Shown: positions 61,724 to 64,000 of the stretch, one piece after another
How positions within the stretch are numbered: the first letter of the stretch is position 1
Layout of the letters: the number at the start of each line of letters is the position of its first letter
DNA from: Candidatus Binatia bacterium
GTDB taxonomy: Bacteria; Desulfobacterota; Binatia; UBA9968; JAJDTQ01
Reading direction: 5' to 3'
Assembly (NCBI GenBank): GCA_963666515.2
Contig: OY762897.2
Location: 2,560,001-2,624,000 of the forward strand
DNA: 64,000 bases
Translations under genes and position numbers: made by a program
The notes under the pieces: generated by a model
Told to the model about the DNA's origin: nothing
The model's database searches: none
Seen by the model: the letters and a program-made list of their open reading frames with translations, nothing else

Positions 61724-62737
61724 CTATCCGCCCATGGCGGCGAGGATCTTCTCGGCGTCGATGCCCTTGCCGGAGAGAGCCTTGACGGTCGCGGCCCGGA
61801 CCCCGCTCAGGGCCTTGCGGAAACGCTTGTCCTCGGCGTCCGAAAGCGTGATGACCTCGCCCCGGCCGCTCTTCTTCTCGCCCGCCAGGGACCCGGCCCC
61901 GGCCTTCTTGTAGATGCCGGCGGCCTTGACGCTCAGGGCCTCGCCCGAGGTCTCGTCGACGATCTTCTTGTGCTCCGCCGAAAGCCCGTCATAGGACTTC
62001 TTGTTCATCACCAGGAAGAACGCCGTGTTGGCGAACGGTCCCACCGTGTAGTACTTGGCCACCTCGCCGATCTTGAAGCTGCGGATGACGCTGGGCGCCA
62101 CCATGAGGCCGTCCACCACGCCGGTCTTGAGGGCGTTGTACATGCGCGTCACCGGCATGGCCACGGGAGTGGCCCCCAGGGCCTTGATGATGTCGCCCTG
62201 GAGCTTCGACGGAGTGCGGATCTTCATGCCCTTGACGTCGTCCAGGGTCCGCACCGCCTTGTTGCGGGTCATGATGACGGCCTTGTCATTGGTCCACAGC
62301 GCCAGGACCTTGGTCCTCGTGTACTCGCCCTGAATGGCGCCGATGGCCTTCCACATCATCTTGGTGGCCTCCACCGCGTCCGGCGCGAGACCGGGCAGCT
62401 CCACCAGCAACGTCCTCGGAAACAGCGGTGAGCTGTACCCCTGCAGGCCGAAGGTGATGTCCGCGATGCCGTCCGCGGCGCGCTTGTACTGGGCCACCGG
62501 CCCCTTGCCCAACTCGCCGCCGGGATAGATGCGCACGGTCAGCGAGCCGTTACTCCGCTTGGCGACTTCCTTTCCCCACGGCCGCATCACCAGCCGGTCC
62601 ATGGGGTGCTTGGGAGAGGTGAAGTGGGCGAGCTTCAGCTCCACCGCTTGCACCGAAGCGGCAGCCGCCAGGAGCAGGCCGCCAACCACCGATACGACCG
62701 CCAGTCTCCGGAAACAGGCTTTCAGCAATAGGGACAT
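61724..62737 (-). CDS. dctP: TRAP transporter substrate-binding protein
   Basis: Signal peptide, IYPGGELG, GMKIR, ALGATPV.MP, Y.AL..GVVDG, MNKKSYD.L. Confidence 0.92.
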   Translation of the reverse strand: MSLLLKACFRRLAVVSVVGGLLLAAAASVQAVELKLAHFTSPKHPMDRLVMRPWGKEVAKRSNGSLTVRIYPGGELGKGPVAQYKRAADGIADITFGLQGYSSPLFPRTLLVELPGLAPDAVEATKMMWKAIGAIQGEYTRTKVLALWTNDKAVIMTRNKAVRTLDDVKGMKIRTPSKLQGDIIKALGATPVAMPVTRMYNALKTGVVDGLMVAPSVIRSFKIGEVAKYYTVGPFANTAFFLVMNKKSYDGLSAEHKKIVDETSGEALSVKAAGIYKKAGAGSLAGEKKSGRGEVITLSDAEDKRFRKALSGVRAATVKALSGKGIDAEKILAAMGG

Positions 62738-62780
62738 GGTCCGTTCTCCTTTCACTATGTGCATGGTCACAAGCGGACGC

Positions 62781-62810
62781 AGACTAGCCGAAGAAACGGA
62801 GAGGTGTCAA
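62781..62810 (-). promoter_or_regulatory. sigma70-type promoter for the TRAP operon
   Basis: TTGACA-18 nt-TAGTCT. Confidence 0.5.
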
Positions 62811-62828
62811 ACTCACCGAAGGAGCCCC

Positions 62829-64000
62829 ATGCAGAAGATCATCGACTCGCTGGCGGTGTACTGGGAACGGCGCATGGCGCGCATCATGCTGCTCGGCATC
62901 ATCAGCGGCTTCCCCTGGGTGCTCATCGGCAGCAGCCTCACCCTGTGGCTCAAGGAGGACGGCCTGAGCCGCACCACCATCGGCTTCGCCGGGCTGATCT
63001 TCGGGGTCTACGCCTTCAACTTCCTGTGGGCGCCGCTCATCGACCGCATCCGCATCCCCTGGCTGACGGGCAAGCTCGGCCACCGGCGCGCCTGGATCCT
63101 CACGCTGCAGGCGGTGATCGTGGCGTGCCTGGTGTCCTGGAGCCTCGCCGACCCCTCCGCCAACCTGGCCGTGGTGGTGGGCATCGGCCTCGCCATCGCC
63201 ATCGCCTCGGCCACCCAGGACATCGCCGTCGACGCCCTCAGAATCGAGCAGGTGGGCGCCACCGAAGGCGAGGCCATGGCCGCCGGCGCCGCGGTCGCGG
63301 TGGTGGGCTGGTGGACCGGGTACAAGCTCGGCGGCATCGTCGCGCTGGAGGCCGCCACCGCCTTCCAGAACGCGGGCGTCGAGGACTACTGGCAGGCCAC
63401 CTTCATCGTGCTCGGGAGCCTGGTCGTCCTCACCAACGTGGGCCTGCTGTTCGTGCACGAGCAGGGCGCCGAGGAACGCATCGCCTCGCAGGCCGCGGAG
63501 GAGGACCGGATCGCGTCGCAACTCGGCGTCTCCGGCCGCATGGGCCACGCCGCCGCGTGGCTCGGCGGCACCGTGGTGAGTCCGCTGGCGAGCTTCTTCC
63601 GGCGCAACGGCGTCGCCATCGCCCTCACCGTGCTCGGCTTCATCTTCCTGTTCAAGATCGGCGAAGCCTTCATGGGACGCATGTCGATCCTCTTCTACCG
63701 GGAGATCGGCTTCTCCAAGTCCGAGATCGCCCTCTACTCCAAGGGCCTCGGCTGGGTCACCACGGTAGGGTTCACCGTGCTGGGCGGCTTCTTCGCCGTC
63801 CGCATGGGCCTCATCCGGGCCATGTTCCTGTCCGGCATCGCCATGGCCGCCACCAACCTGCTATTCGCCGTGCTGTTCTGGGTGGGGAAGTCCGAAGCCC
63901 TGTTCGCCACCGCAGTGGTCATGGACGACCTCACCAGCGCCTTCGCCACCGTCACCTTCGTGGCCTTCATCTCCATGCTGGTGGACCGCACCTACACCGC
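62829..64000 (+). CDS. ampG: AmpG-family muropeptide MFS permease (runs off the window end; absent from ORF track)
   Basis: MQKII...LGIISGFPWVL...FNFLWAPLID...GHRRAW...SATQDIAVDALRIE...FKIGEAF; GAAGGAG RBS; no stop seen before 64000. Confidence 0.88.
   Translation, partial: MQKIIDSLAVYWERRMARIMLLGIISGFPWVLIGSSLTLWLKEDGLSRTTIGFAGLIFGVYAFNFLWAPLIDRIRIPWLTGKLGHRRAWILTLQAVIVACLVSWSLADPSANLAVVVGIGLAIAIASATQDIAVDALRIEQVGATEGEAMAAGAAVAVVGWWTGYKLGGIVALEAATAFQNAGVEDYWQATFIVLGSLVVLTNVGLLFVHEQGAEERIASQAAEEDRIASQLGVSGRMGHAAAWLGGTVVSPLASFFRRNGVAIALTVLGFIFLFKIGEAFMGRMSILFYREIGFSKSEIALYSKGLGWVTTVGFTVLGGFFAVRMGLIRAMFLSGIAMAATNLLFAVLFWVGKSEALFATAVVMDDLTSAFATVTFVAFISMLVDRTYT

Noticed and set aside
62784-63991. 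Minus-strand ORFs at the window end
   Set aside because: They are antisense to the plus-strand ampG-like gene.

Overview
High-GC bacterial chromosomal window. Gene content suggests a deltaproteobacterial/Binatia-like organism, possibly host-associated (inference only). 1-21.3 kb is housekeeping: tsaB, rseP-dxr-cdsA-uppS-frr-pyrH-tsf-rpsB, rho, ribF, tol-pal, pgk-tpiA-secG-tRNA-Leu(GAG), yggT/yggS and a TPR lytic transglycosylase. 21.4-30 kb holds egtD coupled to a CCG Fe-S protein, two hydrolases, hslR with a DRB0094-type RNA ligase, a CinA with a degenerate C-domain, and a His/Met repeat protein. 30.1-36.3 kb is an IS-scarred island of secreted proteins, including an alginate-lyase-like gene. 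An RND pump follows, then an amidohydrolase-GH84-senA-senB (selenoneine) unit. This unit converges on a LysW carrier-protein cluster (lysW-lysX-lysY-Ntn hydrolase-lysZ-lysJ) that has no lysK and is preceded by ALDH, amidohydrolase and aminotransferase genes. The window ends with rnhA, AAA+DUF4143, ychF, a DUF4160/DUF2442 pair, a NucS-like nuclease, a TRAP transporter and a partial ampG. Best candidates for undescribed biology: (1) a class II glutamine-amidotransferase-like Ntn hydrolase that may replace LysK; (2) a cytoplasmic O-GlcNAcase (GH84) next to the selenosugar synthase/selenoneine genes. All family assignments come from motif recognition by eye; no database search was run.
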